Source of the DNA: a plasmid
Assembly: GCF_058153355.1 (NCBI RefSeq)
Contig: NZ_JBLWLY010000002.1
Strand: one strand, 5' to 3'
DNA: 64,000 bases
In this document: piece after piece, positions 1-11,866 of the stretch
Layout of the letters: each line of letters starts with the position of its first letter
Numbering within the stretch: the first letter of the stretch is position 1
Position numbers and translations under genes: made by a program
The notes under the pieces: generated by a model
The model's input: only the letters and a program-made list of their open reading frames with translations
Database searches by the model: none
Told to the model about the DNA's origin: nothing

Positions 1-2
1 AG

Positions 3-383
3 AATGTAAGTAATGCACTGGCTATGATACGAATGACTGAGTCATATCATTTGGTTCTTTATCTTCTGAGAACTATTGAGAAAGAAAAGGAGGTAAGAAT
101 AAAGAGTCTGACAGAGCATTATGGTGTGTCGGAGGCTTATTTTAGATCTTTATGTAGAAAAGCTTTAGGGGCAAAAGTCAAAGAACAACTGAACACTTGG
201 CGGTTAGTAAATGGTTTATTAGATGTATTTTTGCACAATCAAACAATCACTTCTGCTGCCATGAATAATGGGTATGCATCAACATCCCATTTCTCAAATG
301 AGATAAAAACACGATTAGGCTTTTCTGCAAGAGAATTATCGAATATTACTTTTTTAGTGAAAAAAATAAATGAAAAAATTTAA
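3..383 (+). CDS. mxiE: AraC-family T3SS transcriptional activator MxiE, C-terminal part; ORF runs off the 5' end of the window
   Basis: No in-frame stop between position 3 and the ATG at 24; C-terminal HTH-like region; lies directly upstream of the secretin gene as in mxi-spa. Confidence 0.75.
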   Translation, partial: NVSNALAMIRMTESYHLVLYLLRTIEKEKEVRIKSLTEHYGVSEAYFRSLCRKALGAKVKEQLNTWRLVNGLLDVFLHNQTITSAAMNNGYASTSHFSNEIKTRLGFSARELSNITFLVKKINEKI

Positions 384-2070
384 TATTAAATCTTTGACTC
401 TCTTGATTGTATTGTTACCATTGATAGTTAATGCTAATAATATTGACTCTCATTTATTAGAACAAAATGACATAGCGAAATATGTTGCTCAAAGTGATAC
501 GGTAGGATCTTTTTTTGAACGTTTTTCTGCATTATTAAATTATCCTATTGTTGTTAGCAAACAAGCTGCAAAAAAGAAAATATCTGGGGAGTTTGATTTA
601 TCTAATCCAGAAGAAATGCTTGAAAAACTGACATTACTTGTGGGACTCATATGGTATAAAGATGGAAATGCATTATACATATATGACTCTGGAGAATTAA
701 TAAGCAAAGTTATTTTGCTGGAGAATATATCACTTAATTATCTTATTCAGTATCTGAAGGATGCTAACCTTTATGATCACAGATATCCTATAAGAGGAAA
801 CATTAGTGATAAAACATTCTATATATCTGGTCCTCCGGCATTGGTTGAACTGGTAGCTAATACAGCAACTTTGCTTGATAAGCAGGTTTCTTCTATTGGG
901 ACAGATAAAGTTAATTTTGGGGTTATAAAATTAAAAAATACATTTGTTAGTGACAGAACTTATAATATGAGAGGGGAGGATATTGTCATCCCAGGGGTGG
1001 CTACTGTTGTAGAACGTTTATTAAATAATGGTAAGGCTCTGAGTAACAGACAAGCCCAAAATGATCCGATGCCACCCTTTAATATTACACAGAAAGTATC
1101 TGAGGATAGTAATGACTTTTCATTTAGTTCAGTTACCAATAGTTCTATATTAGAGGATGTATCACTTATTGCATATCCAGAAACCAATTCTATATTAGTC
1201 AAAGGTAATGATCAGCAAATACAGATTATTCGCGATATTATCACTCAGTTAGATGTAGCCAAACGACATATAGAATTATCATTATGGATAATCGATATTG
1301 ATAAATCTGAATTAAATAACCTTGGTGTTAATTGGCAAGGAACGGCTTCATTTGGTGATTCGTTTGGTGCGTCATTTAATATGAGCTCATCAGCATCGAT
1401 AAGCACTTTGGACGGCAATAAGTTTATTGCTTCAGTTATGGCATTAAATCAGAAAAAGAAAGCAAATGTAGTTTCAAGGCCGGTGATTTTGACACAAGAG
1501 AATATTCCGGCTATATTTGATAATAACAGGACTTTTTATGTGTCATTAGTTGGTGAGCGCAATTCTTCGTTGGAGCATGTTACGTATGGAACATTGATAA
1601 ATGTTATACCTCGCTTTTCATCTCGGGGACAAATTGAGATGTCTTTAACGATAGAGGATGGAACAGGAAATAGTCAGTCAAATTACAATTATAATAATGA
1701 AAATACATCTGTCCTTCCAGAAGTTGGAAGGACCAAAATCAGTACAATAGCGAGAGTTCCACAAGGCAAAAGTTTGTTGATAGGTGGTTATACGCATGAA
1801 ACGAACTCTAACGAAATAGTATCTATTCCTTTTCTCTCCTCTATTCCTGTAATCGGTAATGTGTTCAAGTATAAAACAAGTAATATCAGTAATATTGTAA
1901 GGGTTTTTCTGATTCAACCCCGTGAGATAAAGGAGTCAAGTTATTATAATACTGCAGAATATAAGAGCCTCATATCTGAAAGAGAAATACAAAAGACTAC
2001 ACAAATAATCCCATCTGAAACTACTTTGCTGGAAGACGAAAAATCATTGGTTTCATACTTAAATTACTAA
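370..2070 (+). CDS. mxiD: T3SS outer-membrane secretin (SctC; InvG/MxiD family)
   Basis: 566 aa with signal peptide; conserved secretin segments (VSGPP, DVAKRH, VVSRPV.LTQEN.PAIFDNNRTFY, PEVGRT.ISTIARVP.GKSLL.GGYT). Confidence 0.9.
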   Translation: MKKFNIKSLTLLIVLLPLIVNANNIDSHLLEQNDIAKYVAQSDTVGSFFERFSALLNYPIVVSKQAAKKKISGEFDLSNPEEMLEKLTLLVGLIWYKDGNALYIYDSGELISKVILLENISLNYLIQYLKDANLYDHRYPIRGNISDKTFYISGPPALVELVANTATLLDKQVSSIGTDKVNFGVIKLKNTFVSDRTYNMRGEDIVIPGVATVVERLLNNGKALSNRQAQNDPMPPFNITQKVSEDSNDFSFSSVTNSSILEDVSLIAYPETNSILVKGNDQQIQIIRDIITQLDVAKRHIELSLWIIDIDKSELNNLGVNWQGTASFGDSFGASFNMSSSASISTLDGNKFIASVMALNQKKKANVVSRPVILTQENIPAIFDNNRTFYVSLVGERNSSLEHVTYGTLINVIPRFSSRGQIEMSLTIEDGTGNSQSNYNYNNENTSVLPEVGRTKISTIARVPQGKSLLIGGYTHETNSNEIVSIPFLSSIPVIGNVFKYKTSNISNIVRVFLIQPREIKESSYYNTAEYKSLISEREIQKTTQIIPSETTLLEDEKSLVSYLNY

Positions 2071-2088
2071 CTATAAAGTAGGTGATGT

Positions 2089-3156
2089 ATGCTTGATGTT
2101 AAAAATACAGGAGTTTTTAGCTCTGCATTCATTGATAAGTTGAATGCAATGACAAATTCAGATGATGGAGATGAGACTGCTGATGCAGAGCTTGATTCTG
2201 GCTTGGCTAATAGCAAGTATATTGACTCATCTGATGAGATGGCTTCCGCTCTTTCGTCATTCATAAACAGAAGAGACCTTGAGAAACTGAAAGGAACAAA
2301 TAGTGATAGTCAGGAGCGTATTTTAGATGGGGAAGAAGATGAAATTAATCACAAGATTTTTGATTTAAAGAGAACTTTAAAAGATAACCTTCCTCTAGAT
2401 CGGGATTTTATAGACAGACTAAAGAGATATTTTAAAGATCCAAGTGATCAAGTCTTAGCATTAAGGGAACTTTTGAATGAAAAAGATCTTACTGCTGAAC
2501 AAGTCGAATCATTAACTAAAATTATTAATGAGATAATATCAGGTAGTGAAAAAAGTGTTAATGCTGGAATAAATTCAGCTATACAGGCTAAATTATTTGG
2601 CAACAAAATGAAACTTGAACCACAGCTTTTGCGTGCATGTTATCGTGGTTTTATCATGGGGAACACATCAACAACAGATCAGTATATAGAATGGCTTGGT
2701 AATTTTGGTTTTAATCACAGGCATACAATTGTGAATTTTGTAGAGCAGTCACTGATTGTAGACATGGATTCTGAGAAACCGAGCTGTAATACTTATGAGT
2801 TTGGTTTTGTGTTATCTAAATTAATTGCAATTAAGATGATTAGAACTTCAGACGTAATTTTTATGAAGAAACTGGAATCCTCAAGCTTGCTAAAAGATGG
2901 CAGTTTAAGTGCAGAGCAGCTATTGCTAACTTTATTATATATTTTTCAATATCCAAGTGAAAGTGAGCAAATTCTTACTTCTGTTATAGAAGTATCACGA
3001 GCCAGTCATGAGGATTCTGTAGTGTATCAAACATATCTATCTTCTGTTAATGAAAGTCCTCATGATATATTTAAAAGTGAAAGTGAAAGAGAAATTGCGA
3101 TCAATATTCTACGAGAGCTTGTCACAAGTGCATACAAGAAAGAGCTTTCTAGATAA
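2089..3156 (+). CDS. mxiC: T3SS gatekeeper (SctW; InvE/MxiC family)
   Basis: 355 aa between secretin and SctV genes; size and position match MxiC. Confidence 0.85.
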   Translation: MLDVKNTGVFSSAFIDKLNAMTNSDDGDETADAELDSGLANSKYIDSSDEMASALSSFINRRDLEKLKGTNSDSQERILDGEEDEINHKIFDLKRTLKDNLPLDRDFIDRLKRYFKDPSDQVLALRELLNEKDLTAEQVESLTKIINEIISGSEKSVNAGINSAIQAKLFGNKMKLEPQLLRACYRGFIMGNTSTTDQYIEWLGNFGFNHRHTIVNFVEQSLIVDMDSEKPSCNTYEFGFVLSKLIAIKMIRTSDVIFMKKLESSSLLKDGSLSAEQLLLTLLYIFQYPSESEQILTSVIEVSRASHEDSVVYQTYLSSVNESPHDIFKSESEREIAINILRELVTSAYKKELSR

Positions 3157-3162
3157 CAGGAG

Positions 3163-5229
3163 ATGAAAGTGATCCAGTCTTTTCTTAAGCAAGTAAGTAC
3201 TAAGCCTGAATTAATTATATTAGTGCTTATGGTTATGATCATTGCTATGTTGATCATACCATTACCTACATACCTTGTTGATTTTTTAATAGGGCTTAAT
3301 ATTGTACTTGCTATTCTCGTTTTTATGGGATCATTTTATATTGAAAGAATATTGAGTTTTTCTACATTCCCTTCGGTTTTGTTGATAACGACATTATTTC
3401 GTCTCGCTTTATCAATAAGTACTAGTCGGCTAATTTTAGTTGATGCGGATGCGGGTAAAATTATTACTACATTTGGCCAGTTTGTCATTGGTGATAGTCT
3501 GGCTGTAGGTTTTGTTATTTTTTCAATAGTAACTGTTGTGCAGTTCATTGTTATAACAAAAGGATCTGAAAGGGTTGCGGAGGTAGCTGCTCGCTTTTCT
3601 CTTGACGGTATGCCGGGGAAACAAATGAGCATTGATGCGGATTTAAAGGCTGGAATTATTGATGCCGCAGGAGCTAAAGAAAGACGCAGTATTCTGGAAC
3701 GTGAGAGTCAATTGTATGGTTCATTTGATGGAGCAATGAAGTTCATTAAAGGTGATGCAATTGCTGGCATCATTATTATTTTTGTCAATTTAATAGGAGG
3801 TATTTCTGTTGGTATGAGTCAACATGGAATGTCCCTATCTGGTGCATTATCTACTTATACCATACTAACTATTGGTGACGGATTGGTCTCTCAGATTCCT
3901 GCTCTGTTAATTTCTATAAGTGCAGGATTTATCGTTACAAGAGTTAATGGTGATAGCGATAATATGGGACGTAACATAATGTCCCAGATATTTGGGAATC
4001 CTTTTGTTCTCATTGTTACATCAGCTCTTGCCTTGGCGATAGGGATGTTGCCAGGTTTTCCGTTTTTTGTTTTTTTCCTGATAGCAGTTACTTTGACGGC
4101 TTTATTCTATTATAAAAAGGTCGTAGAAAGAGAAAAAAGTCTGTCTGAGTCTGATTCTAGTGGCTATACTGGTACATTTGATATTGATAATAGCCATGAC
4201 TCATCTTTGGCAATGATAGAAAATCTGGATGCTATTAGTTCAGAAACCGTTCCTTTAATTTTATTATTTGCCGAAAATAAGATAAATGCAAATGATATGG
4301 AAGGGCTTATTGAAAGGATAAGAAGTCAGTTCTTTATTGATTATGGTGTCAGGCTTCCAACTATTTTATATAGAACAAGCAATGAGCTTAAGGTTGACGA
4401 TATTGTTTTGTTAATAAATGAGGTGCGTGCCGATAGTTTTAATATATACTTTGACAAAGTATGTATTACAGATGAAAATGGAGATATAGATGCTCTAGGT
4501 ATTCCTGTTGTTCCAACTTCATATAATGAACGTGTTATTTCTTGGGTAGACGTTTCATATACAGAAAATCTAACTAATATTGATGCTAAAGTTAAAAGCG
4601 CTCAAGATGAATTTTATTACCAGTTGTCACAAGCTTTATTAAACAACATAAATGAGATTTTTGGCATACAAGAAACAAAAAATATGTTAGATCAGTTTGA
4701 AAATCGGTATCCTGATCTTTTAAAGGAAGTCTTCCGACATGTGACTATACAGAGAATATCTGAGGTATTACAAAGATTGCTTGGAGAAAATATTTCTGTT
4801 CGCAATTTAAAACTTATTATGGAGTCTTTGGCGCTTTGGGCTCCCAGAGAAAAAGATGTCATAACATTAGTTGAACATGTCCGTGCATCACTTTCTAGGT
4901 ATATTTGTAGTAAAATAGCCGTTTCTGGTGAGATTAAAGTTGTGATGCTTTCCGGATATATTGAGGATGCAATAAGAAAAGGGATAAGGCAAACCTCTGG
5001 TGGCTCTTTCTTGAATATGGACATAGAGGTTTCGGATGAGGTAATGGAAACTTTAGCACATGCTTTGAGAGAATTGAGAAATGCAAAAAAAGATTTCGTT
5101 CTTTTGGTATCAGTAGATATACGTAGGTTTGTTAAAAGACTTATAGATAACAGATTTAAGAGTATACTCGTTATATCGTATGCTGAGATTGATGAAGCAT
5201 ATACCATTAATGTATTGAAGACTATTTAG
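3163..5229 (+). CDS. mxiA: T3SS export apparatus major subunit (SctV; InvA/MxiA)
   Basis: 688 aa; N-terminal polytopic membrane domain; FSLDGMPGKQMSIDADLKAG motif typical of the FlhA/SctV family. Confidence 0.92.
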   Translation: MKVIQSFLKQVSTKPELIILVLMVMIIAMLIIPLPTYLVDFLIGLNIVLAILVFMGSFYIERILSFSTFPSVLLITTLFRLALSISTSRLILVDADAGKIITTFGQFVIGDSLAVGFVIFSIVTVVQFIVITKGSERVAEVAARFSLDGMPGKQMSIDADLKAGIIDAAGAKERRSILERESQLYGSFDGAMKFIKGDAIAGIIIIFVNLIGGISVGMSQHGMSLSGALSTYTILTIGDGLVSQIPALLISISAGFIVTRVNGDSDNMGRNIMSQIFGNPFVLIVTSALALAIGMLPGFPFFVFFLIAVTLTALFYYKKVVEREKSLSESDSSGYTGTFDIDNSHDSSLAMIENLDAISSETVPLILLFAENKINANDMEGLIERIRSQFFIDYGVRLPTILYRTSNELKVDDIVLLINEVRADSFNIYFDKVCITDENGDIDALGIPVVPTSYNERVISWVDVSYTENLTNIDAKVKSAQDEFYYQLSQALLNNINEIFGIQETKNMLDQFENRYPDLLKEVFRHVTIQRISEVLQRLLGENISVRNLKLIMESLALWAPREKDVITLVEHVRASLSRYICSKIAVSGEIKVVMLSGYIEDAIRKGIRQTSGGSFLNMDIEVSDEVMETLAHALRELRNAKKDFVLLVSVDIRRFVKRLIDNRFKSILVISYAEIDEAYTINVLKTI

Positions 5230-5241
5230 TGAGGTTTAAAT

Positions 5242-5643
5242 ATGAGTAACATTAATTTAGTTCAATTAGTTAGAGATAGTCTTTTCACGATTGGTTGTCC
5301 TCCATCAATTATTACAGATTTAGACAGCCATTCAGCGATTACCATTTCGTTGGATAGTATGCCTGCTATTAACATAGCTCTTGTCAATGAGCAGGTTATG
5401 TTATGGGCTAATTTTGATGCACCAAGTGATGTAAAACTTCAGTCATCTGCTTATAACATATTAAATTTAATGTTAATGAACTTTAATTATAGCATTAATG
5501 AGCTGGTAGAACTTCATCGTTCTGATGAGTATTTACAGTTAAGAGTTGTTATTAAAGATGACTACGTTCACGATGGGATTGTTTTTGCAGAGATTCTGCA
5601 TGAGTTTTATCAGAGGATGGAAATCTTAAATGAGGTCTTATAA
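5242..5643 (+). CDS. spa15: T3SS class I chaperone (Spa15/InvB family)
   Basis: 133 aa acidic protein between sctV and sctN, the arrangement specific to mxi-spa. Confidence 0.8.
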   Translation: MSNINLVQLVRDSLFTIGCPPSIITDLDSHSAITISLDSMPAINIALVNEQVMLWANFDAPSDVKLQSSAYNILNLMLMNFNYSINELVELHRSDEYLQLRVVIKDDYVHDGIVFAEILHEFYQRMEILNEVL

Positions 5644-5646
5644 TCA

Positions 5647-6939
5647 ATGAGCTATACAAAATTGCTCACTCAATTATCTTTTCCTAATAAAATCTCGGGG
5701 CCAATCTTGGAAACAAGTCTTAGCGATGTTTCGATTGGTGAGATTTGTAACATTCAGGCTGGAATTGAAAGTAATGAAATTGTTGCAAGAGCTCAGGTTG
5801 TAGGATTTCATGATGAAAAAACGATATTAAGCTTGATTGGAAATTCTCGTGGGCTTTCACGGCAAACGTTGATTAAGCCCACTGCCCAGTTTCTTCATAC
5901 GCAAGTCGGCCGAGGATTATTGGGAGCAGTAGTCAATCCTTTAGGGGAGGTTACTGATAAGTTTGCTGTTACGGATAACAGTGAAATCCTTTATCGACCT
6001 GTAGATAATGCTCCTCCGCTATATAGTGAAAGGGCTGCAATTGAGAAGCCTTTTTTAACAGGTGTTAAGGTTATTGATTCTTTACTCACGTGTGGTGAAG
6101 GACAGCGAATGGGGATTTTTGCGTCAGCTGGTTGTGGCAAAACTTTTCTCATGAATATGCTCATTGAACATAGTGGTGCTGATATATATGTTATTGGGTT
6201 AATTGGTGAGCGAGGTCGAGAGGTTACAGAAACGGTTGATTATTTGAAAAACTCTGAGAAAAAAAGCAGGTGTGTTTTAGTATATGCAACTTCGGATTAC
6301 TCTTCGGTTGATCGTTGTAATGCTGCATATATAGCCACTGCTATAGCCGAATTTTTTAGGACTGAAGGACATAAAGTAGCGCTTTTTATTGATTCATTAA
6401 CAAGGTATGCCAGAGCATTACGTGATGTGGCCTTAGCCGCTGGAGAATCACCTGCTAGAAGAGGCTATCCGGTTTCGGTTTTTGATAGCTTACCCAGACT
6501 TCTTGAAAGGCCAGGAAAGTTAAAGGCAGGTGGCTCTATTACTGCATTTTATACTGTTCTTTTGGAGGATGATGATTTTGCTGATCCATTGGCTGAAGAG
6601 GTAAGATCCATTTTAGATGGACATATATATTTGAGCAGAAATCTAGCCCAAAAAGGACAATTTCCTGCAATTGATTCCTTAAAAAGTATAAGCAGAGTAT
6701 TTACACAGGTTGTTGATGAAAAACATCGTATTATGGCCGCTGCATTTCGGGAGCTACTTTCTGAAATAGAAGAGCTAAGGACAATTATTGACTTTGGTGA
6801 ATACAAACCGGGGGAGAATGCCTCTCAGGATAAAATCTACAACAAAATATCTGTTGTTGAGAGTTTTCTGAAGCAAGATTATCGACTCGGTTTTACTTAT
6901 GAGCAGACAATGGAGCTTATTGGTGAAACAATTAGATAA
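5647..6939 (+). CDS. spa47: T3SS ATPase (SctN; Spa47/InvC)
   Basis: 430 aa; Walker A GCGKT; F1/FliI-like ATPase core. Confidence 0.92.
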   Translation: MSYTKLLTQLSFPNKISGPILETSLSDVSIGEICNIQAGIESNEIVARAQVVGFHDEKTILSLIGNSRGLSRQTLIKPTAQFLHTQVGRGLLGAVVNPLGEVTDKFAVTDNSEILYRPVDNAPPLYSERAAIEKPFLTGVKVIDSLLTCGEGQRMGIFASAGCGKTFLMNMLIEHSGADIYVIGLIGERGREVTETVDYLKNSEKKSRCVLVYATSDYSSVDRCNAAYIATAIAEFFRTEGHKVALFIDSLTRYARALRDVALAAGESPARRGYPVSVFDSLPRLLERPGKLKAGGSITAFYTVLLEDDDFADPLAEEVRSILDGHIYLSRNLAQKGQFPAIDSLKSISRVFTQVVDEKHRIMAAAFRELLSEIEELRTIIDFGEYKPGENASQDKIYNKISVVESFLKQDYRLGFTYEQTMELIGETIR

Positions 6940-7019
6940 GGTTTTAAAAATCAAAGATAAATATCAACGGTCTGTTAAACTAATTGAAGCACACATATTA
7001 ACACTAAAAAAAAAACTCT

Positions 7020-7370
7020 TTGTATCGAGATGTGGAGGCATTAGATAAAAGGATTATATACTTCCTGCAGCTGGAGAATGACTTGGAACCTGTAGGCGCT
7101 CAGAGTGTTAGTCAGCTTTTCAATACAAGACGTAAGATCGCTATAGTAAAAAAGCATATTATCCAATATCAGTCTGAACGAATTCTTCTAAATGGAAGAA
7201 TTGAAGAAATTCAAAAAGATATTGATGAGGCAAATGCTTCTAAAAGAAAACTGCTTCATAAAGAGAGTAAAATATGTAAACGGATTGGCTTGATTAAAAG
7301 AAATAACTTTGCCAAACAGTTGATACTTGATGAGTTATCACAAGAGGATATGAAGTATGGCATTAGATAA
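7020..7370 (+). CDS. spa13: T3SS stalk protein (SctO; Spa13/InvI)
   Basis: About 116 aa, coiled-coil-like, immediately downstream of the ATPase gene; start codon uncertain. Confidence 0.7.
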   Translation: MYRDVEALDKRIIYFLQLENDLEPVGAQSVSQLFNTRRKIAIVKKHIIQYQSERILLNGRIEEIQKDIDEANASKRKLLHKESKICKRIGLIKRNNFAKQLILDELSQEDMKYGIR

Positions 7371-8235
7371 TATAAACTTAAATTTTAGTAGTGACAAACA
7401 GATAGAAAAATGTGAGAAACTATCTTCAATAGATAATATTGATAGTCTCGTTTTGAAGAAGAAGAGGAAGGTTGAAATTCCTGAGTACTCTTTAATTGCA
7501 TCTAACTATTTTACTATTGATAAGCACTTTGAACATAAGCATGATAAAGGAGAAATTTATAGTGGCATTAAAAATGCGTTCGAACTTAGAAACGAACGAG
7601 CGACATATTCTGATATTCCAGAATCAATGGTCATTAAAGAAAATATTTTGATACCAGAGCAAGATATCAAAGCAAGGGAAAAAATAAATATCGGCGATAT
7701 GAGGGGGATCTTTTCATATAATGAGAGTGGAAATGCAGACAAGAACTTCGAAAGAAGTCATACTTCTTCTGCAAACCCTGATAATCTGCTAGAACCTGAT
7801 AATAGAAATGGTCAAATTGGTTTAAAAAATCATAGCTTATCTATTGATAAGAATATTGCTGACATCATTTCTTTGCTAAATGGAAGTGTTCCTAAGTCAT
7901 TTGATCTGCCTGTAATGAAAAAAAATACTTCAGACATAACCCCATCCATGTCATTGCAAGAAAAATCAATAGTTGAAAATGATAAAAATGTTTATCAAAA
8001 AAATAGTGAAATGACTTACCACTTTAAACAGTGGGGGGCTGGACATTCTGTTAGTATTTCAGTGGAGTCTGGTTCTTTTGTTCTAAAACCGTCAGATCAA
8101 TTTGTAGGAAATAAACTTGACTTAATTTTGAAACAAGATGCTGAGGGTAATTACAGATTTGATAGCAGTCAACATAATAAGGGGAATAAAAATAATAGTA
8201 CAGGATATAATGAACAGAGTGAAGAAGAATGCTAA
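7357..8235 (+). CDS. spa32: T3SS needle-length regulator (SctP; Spa32/InvJ)
   Basis: 292 aa, poorly conserved, in the SctP position; overlaps neighbouring genes as in the spa operon. Confidence 0.7.
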   Translation: MALDNINLNFSSDKQIEKCEKLSSIDNIDSLVLKKKRKVEIPEYSLIASNYFTIDKHFEHKHDKGEIYSGIKNAFELRNERATYSDIPESMVIKENILIPEQDIKAREKINIGDMRGIFSYNESGNADKNFERSHTSSANPDNLLEPDNRNGQIGLKNHSLSIDKNIADIISLLNGSVPKSFDLPVMKKNTSDITPSMSLQEKSIVENDKNVYQKNSEMTYHFKQWGAGHSVSISVESGSFVLKPSDQFVGNKLDLILKQDAEGNYRFDSSQHNKGNKNNSTGYNEQSEEEC

Positions 8236-9110
8236 GACTTAAACATTTTGACGCTAACGAAAAATTACAGATTTTATATGCCAAGCAACTCTGCGAGCGT
8301 TTTGCGATTCAGACATTCAAAAATAAATTTACAGGCAGTGAAAGTTTAGTCACTCTTACTTCCGTGTGTGGTGATTGGGTGATTCGTATTGATACATTAT
8401 CTTTTTTGAAAAAAAAATACGAGGTATTTTCAGGATTTTCTACACAAGAATCTTTACTGCATTTATCAAAATGTGTCTTTATAGAGTCGTCATCTGTATT
8501 TTCGATTCCAGAACTGTCGGATAAGATTACTTTCCGGATCACGAATGAAATCCAGTTTGCAACTACTGGGAGTCATTTATGCTGTTTTTCCTCTTCTTTA
8601 GGTATTATTTATCTTGACAAGATGCCTGTATTACGTAATCAAGTTTCTCTTGATTTATTGCATCATCTTTTAGAGTTTTGCTTAGGTTCATCTAATGTGA
8701 GGCTGGCTACTTTAAAAAGAATTCGCACTGGTGATATAATCATAGTTCAGAAACTTTATAATTTATTATTGTGTAATCAAGTTATTATTGGGGATTATAT
8801 TGTGAATGATAATAATGAGGCAAAAATTAATCTGTCAGAAAGTAATGGTGAGTCAGATCACACAGAAGTTTCTTTGGCATTATTCAATTATGATGATATC
8901 AATGTAAAAGTGGACTTTATCCTTTTAGAAAAAAAGATGACAATCAATGAACTAAAAATGTATGTAGAAAACGAATTATTCAAGTTTCCCGATGACATAG
9001 TTAAACATGTAAATATTAAAGTAAATGGTTCTTTGGTTGGGCATGGGGAACTTGTTTCTATTGAGGATGGTTATGGTATCGAGATTAGTTCTTGGATGGT
9101 AAAGGAGTAA
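8229..9110 (+). CDS. spa33: T3SS cytoplasmic sorting platform protein (SctQ; Spa33/SpaO)
   Basis: 293 aa; SpoA-like C-terminal region; position between SctP and SctR. Confidence 0.8.
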   Translation: MLRLKHFDANEKLQILYAKQLCERFAIQTFKNKFTGSESLVTLTSVCGDWVIRIDTLSFLKKKYEVFSGFSTQESLLHLSKCVFIESSSVFSIPELSDKITFRITNEIQFATTGSHLCCFSSSLGIIYLDKMPVLRNQVSLDLLHHLLEFCLGSSNVRLATLKRIRTGDIIIVQKLYNLLLCNQVIIGDYIVNDNNEAKINLSESNGESDHTEVSLALFNYDDINVKVDFILLEKKMTINELKMYVENELFKFPDDIVKHVNIKVNGSLVGHGELVSIEDGYGIEISSWMVKE

Positions 9111-9114
9111 TCTC

Positions 9115-9765
9115 ATGCTGAGTGATATGTCCCTCATCGCTACACTTTCTTTTTTTACGCTATTACCATTTTTAGTTGCTGCTGGTACTTGTTATATAAA
9201 GTTTTCTATTGTTTTTGTAATGGTACGAAATGCACTTGGTTTGCAGCAGGTTCCATCAAATATGACTCTCAATGGTATTGCATTGATTATGGCTTTGTTC
9301 GTGATGAAACCCATTATTGAAGCTGGTTATGAAAATTATCTAAATGGCCCGCAAAAATTTGATACAATATCAGATATTGTCCGTTTTTCTGATTCTGGCT
9401 TGATTGAATACAAGCAATACTTGAAAAAGCATACAGATCTTGAGTTGGCACGTTTTTTCCAAAGGTCTGAAGAAGAAAATGCTGATTTAAAGAGTGCAGA
9501 GAATAATGATTATTCATTGTTTTCCCTCTTGCCTGCATATGCGCTAAGTGAAATTAAAGATGCGTTCAAAATAGGTTTTTATTTATATTTGCCATTTATT
9601 GTTGTTGATCTTGTTATTTCAAGCATTTTACTTGCACTTGGTATGATGATGATGAGTCCAATCACAATATCAGTACCAATAAAACTTGTATTATTTGTTG
9701 CGCTTGATGGGTGGGGGATCCTGTCTAAGGCCTTGATTGAACAATATATCAATGTTCCTGCTTAG
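9115..9765 (+). CDS. spa24: T3SS export apparatus protein (SctR; Spa24/SpaP)
   Basis: 216 aa polytopic membrane protein; FliP family size and position. Confidence 0.9.
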   Translation: MLSDMSLIATLSFFTLLPFLVAAGTCYIKFSIVFVMVRNALGLQQVPSNMTLNGIALIMALFVMKPIIEAGYENYLNGPQKFDTISDIVRFSDSGLIEYKQYLKKHTDLELARFFQRSEEENADLKSAENNDYSLFSLLPAYALSEIKDAFKIGFYLYLPFIVVDLVISSILLALGMMMMSPITISVPIKLVLFVALDGWGILSKALIEQYINVPA

Positions 9766-9779
9766 ATGATGGAGGTAAT

Positions 9780-10040
9780 GTGTCTGATATAGTTTATATG
9801 GGTAATAAGGCTCTTTATTTAATCCTTATCTTTTCCTTATGGCCAGTAGGTATAGCTACGGTTATTGGATTAACTATTGGTTTATTACAGACAGTGACTC
9901 AACTCCAAGAGCAGACACTTCCTTTTGGTATAAAGCTTATAGGTGTCTCAATATCTTTGCTACTTCTTTCTGGATGGTATGGTGAGGTTTTATTGTCTTT
10001 TTGTCATGAAATAATGTTTTTAATTAAGAGTGGGGTTTGA
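9780..10040 (+). CDS. spa9: T3SS export apparatus protein (SctS; Spa9/SpaQ)
   Basis: 86 aa, two hydrophobic helices; FliQ family. Confidence 0.88.
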   Translation: MSDIVYMGNKALYLILIFSLWPVGIATVIGLTIGLLQTVTQLQEQTLPFGIKLIGVSISLLLLSGWYGEVLLSFCHEIMFLIKSGV

Positions 10041-10810
10041 TGGACATTTCAAGCTGGTTCGAAAGTATTCATGTGTTTTTAATACTCCTGAACGGCGTTT
10101 TTTTTAGATTGGCTCCATTATTTTTCTTTCTTCCATTTTTAAATAACGGTATAATTTCTCCATCTATTAGAATACCTGTGATTTTTCTTGTTGCATCAGG
10201 ATTAATTACTTCTGGTAAGGTAGATATAGGTTCTTCTGTTTTTGAACATGTTTATTTCCTTATGTTCAAGGAAATAATTGTTGGCCTCCTTCTCTCTTTT
10301 TGCTTGTCTCTTCCCTTTTGGATATTTCATGCTGTTGGTAGCATTATTGACAACCAGCGTGGGGCAACGCTTAGTAGTTCAATTGATCCTGCCAATGGTG
10401 TTGATACGTCTGAGTTGGCAAAATTTTTCAATCTTTTTTCTGCAGTTGTATTTCTATACAGTGGTGGTATGGTCTTTATTTTAGAATCCATACAATTGTC
10501 TTATAATATATGCCCGTTATTTTCTCAATGTTCTTTCCGTGTCTCAAATATCTTAACATTTCTGACTTTATTGGCAAGTCAGGCTGTTATTTTAGCCAGT
10601 CCTGTTATGATAGTATTGTTACTATCAGAAGTATTACTTGGTGTATTATCGAGATTTGCTCCGCAGATGAATGCTTTTTCCGTATCATTAACTATTAAAA
10701 GTTTACTTGCAATATTTATTATTTTCATCTGCTCTTCTACTATTTACTTTTCTAAAGTTCAATTTTTCCTCGGTGAACATAAATTTTTCACAAATCTATT
10801 TGTTAGATAA
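10037..10810 (+). CDS. spa29: T3SS export apparatus protein (SctT; Spa29/SpaR)
   Basis: 257 aa polytopic membrane protein; FliR family; start overlaps spa9 stop. Confidence 0.88.
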   Translation: MMDISSWFESIHVFLILLNGVFFRLAPLFFFLPFLNNGIISPSIRIPVIFLVASGLITSGKVDIGSSVFEHVYFLMFKEIIVGLLLSFCLSLPFWIFHAVGSIIDNQRGATLSSSIDPANGVDTSELAKFFNLFSAVVFLYSGGMVFILESIQLSYNICPLFSQCSFRVSNILTFLTLLASQAVILASPVMIVLLLSEVLLGVLSRFAPQMNAFSVSLTIKSLLAIFIIFICSSTIYFSKVQFFLGEHKFFTNLFVR

Positions 10811-10816
10811 AATATT

Positions 10817-11845
10817 ATGGCAAATAAAACAGAAAAGCCGACACCTAAAAAACTAAAGGATGCCGCAAAAAAAGGACAGTCATTTAAATTTAAGGATTTA
10901 ACGACTGTTGTTATTATTCTGGTAGGGACATTTACTATAATATCATTCTTTTCCTTAAGTGATGTAATGCTCTTATACAGATATGTAATAATTAATGACT
11001 TCGAAATTAATGAGGGTAAATACTTTTTTGCAGTGGTTATTGTCTTTTTTAAGATAATTGGCTTCCCACTTTTTTTCTGTGTTCTTTCGGCTGTGTTGCC
11101 AACATTGGTTCAAACAAAGTTTGTTCTTGCGACTAAAGCTATCAAGATTGATTTTTCAGTATTAAACCCTGTTAAAGGGTTAAAAAAAATATTTAGTATA
11201 AAGACAATAAAAGAATTTTTCAAAAGCATTCTGCTTCTTATTATTCTAGCATTAACAACCTATTTCTTTTGGATTAATGACCGAAAAATAATTTTTTCTC
11301 AGGTGTTTTCTAGTGTTGATGGCTTATATCTTATTTGGGGGGGGCTGTTTAAGGATATAATATTATTTTTCTTGGCATTTTCTATTTTTGTTATTATTCT
11401 TGACTTTGTGATTGAGTTCATTTTATACATGAAAGATATGATGATGGATAAACAGGAGATAAAAAGAGAATATATAGAGCAAGAGGGACACTTTGAGACA
11501 AAGTCGAGAAGGCGTGAGTTGCATATCGAGATTCTTTCAGAGCAGACTAAATCTGATATACGTAATTCAAAATTAGTGGTAATGAACCCGACTCATATTG
11601 CAATTGGTATTTATTTTAATCCAGAAATAGCGCCTGCACCTTTTATTTCTCTCATTGAAACTAACCAGTGTGCCTTGGCTGTCAGAAAATATGCAAATGA
11701 AGTTGGTATACCAACTGTGCGTGATGTGAAATTAGCTAGAAAACTATATAAAACACATACAAAATATAGTTTTGTTGATTTTGAACACTTGGATGAAGTC
11801 CTACGTCTTATTGTTTGGCTTGAGCAGGTTGAAAACACTCATTAA
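10817..11845 (+). CDS. spa40: T3SS autoprotease/substrate-specificity switch (SctU; Spa40/SpaS)
   Basis: 342 aa; N-terminal membrane domain; NPTH autocleavage motif (..VVMNPTHIAIG..). Confidence 0.9.
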   Translation: MANKTEKPTPKKLKDAAKKGQSFKFKDLTTVVIILVGTFTIISFFSLSDVMLLYRYVIINDFEINEGKYFFAVVIVFFKIIGFPLFFCVLSAVLPTLVQTKFVLATKAIKIDFSVLNPVKGLKKIFSIKTIKEFFKSILLLIILALTTYFFWINDRKIIFSQVFSSVDGLYLIWGGLFKDIILFFLAFSIFVIILDFVIEFILYMKDMMMDKQEIKREYIEQEGHFETKSRRRELHIEILSEQTKSDIRNSKLVVMNPTHIAIGIYFNPEIAPAPFISLIETNQCALAVRKYANEVGIPTVRDVKLARKLYKTHTKYSFVDFEHLDEVLRLIVWLEQVENTH

Positions 11846-11866
11846 TAAGTAAAGGAGATGTGTTAT

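Noticed and set aside
1-383. The transcriptional-slippage site known for mxiE expression
   Set aside because: It lies in the 5' part of mxiE, which is upstream of the window start; only the C-terminal part of the gene is present here
1-11845. Assignment of the T3SS block to Salmonella SPI-1 (inv/spa) or E. coli ETT2 (eiv/epa)
   Set aside because: The gene order is shared, but the presence of a Spa15-type chaperone between sctV and sctN, the AT-rich composition, and linkage to icsA and virA on an IncFII replicon fit the Shigella/EIEC Mxi-Spa locus better
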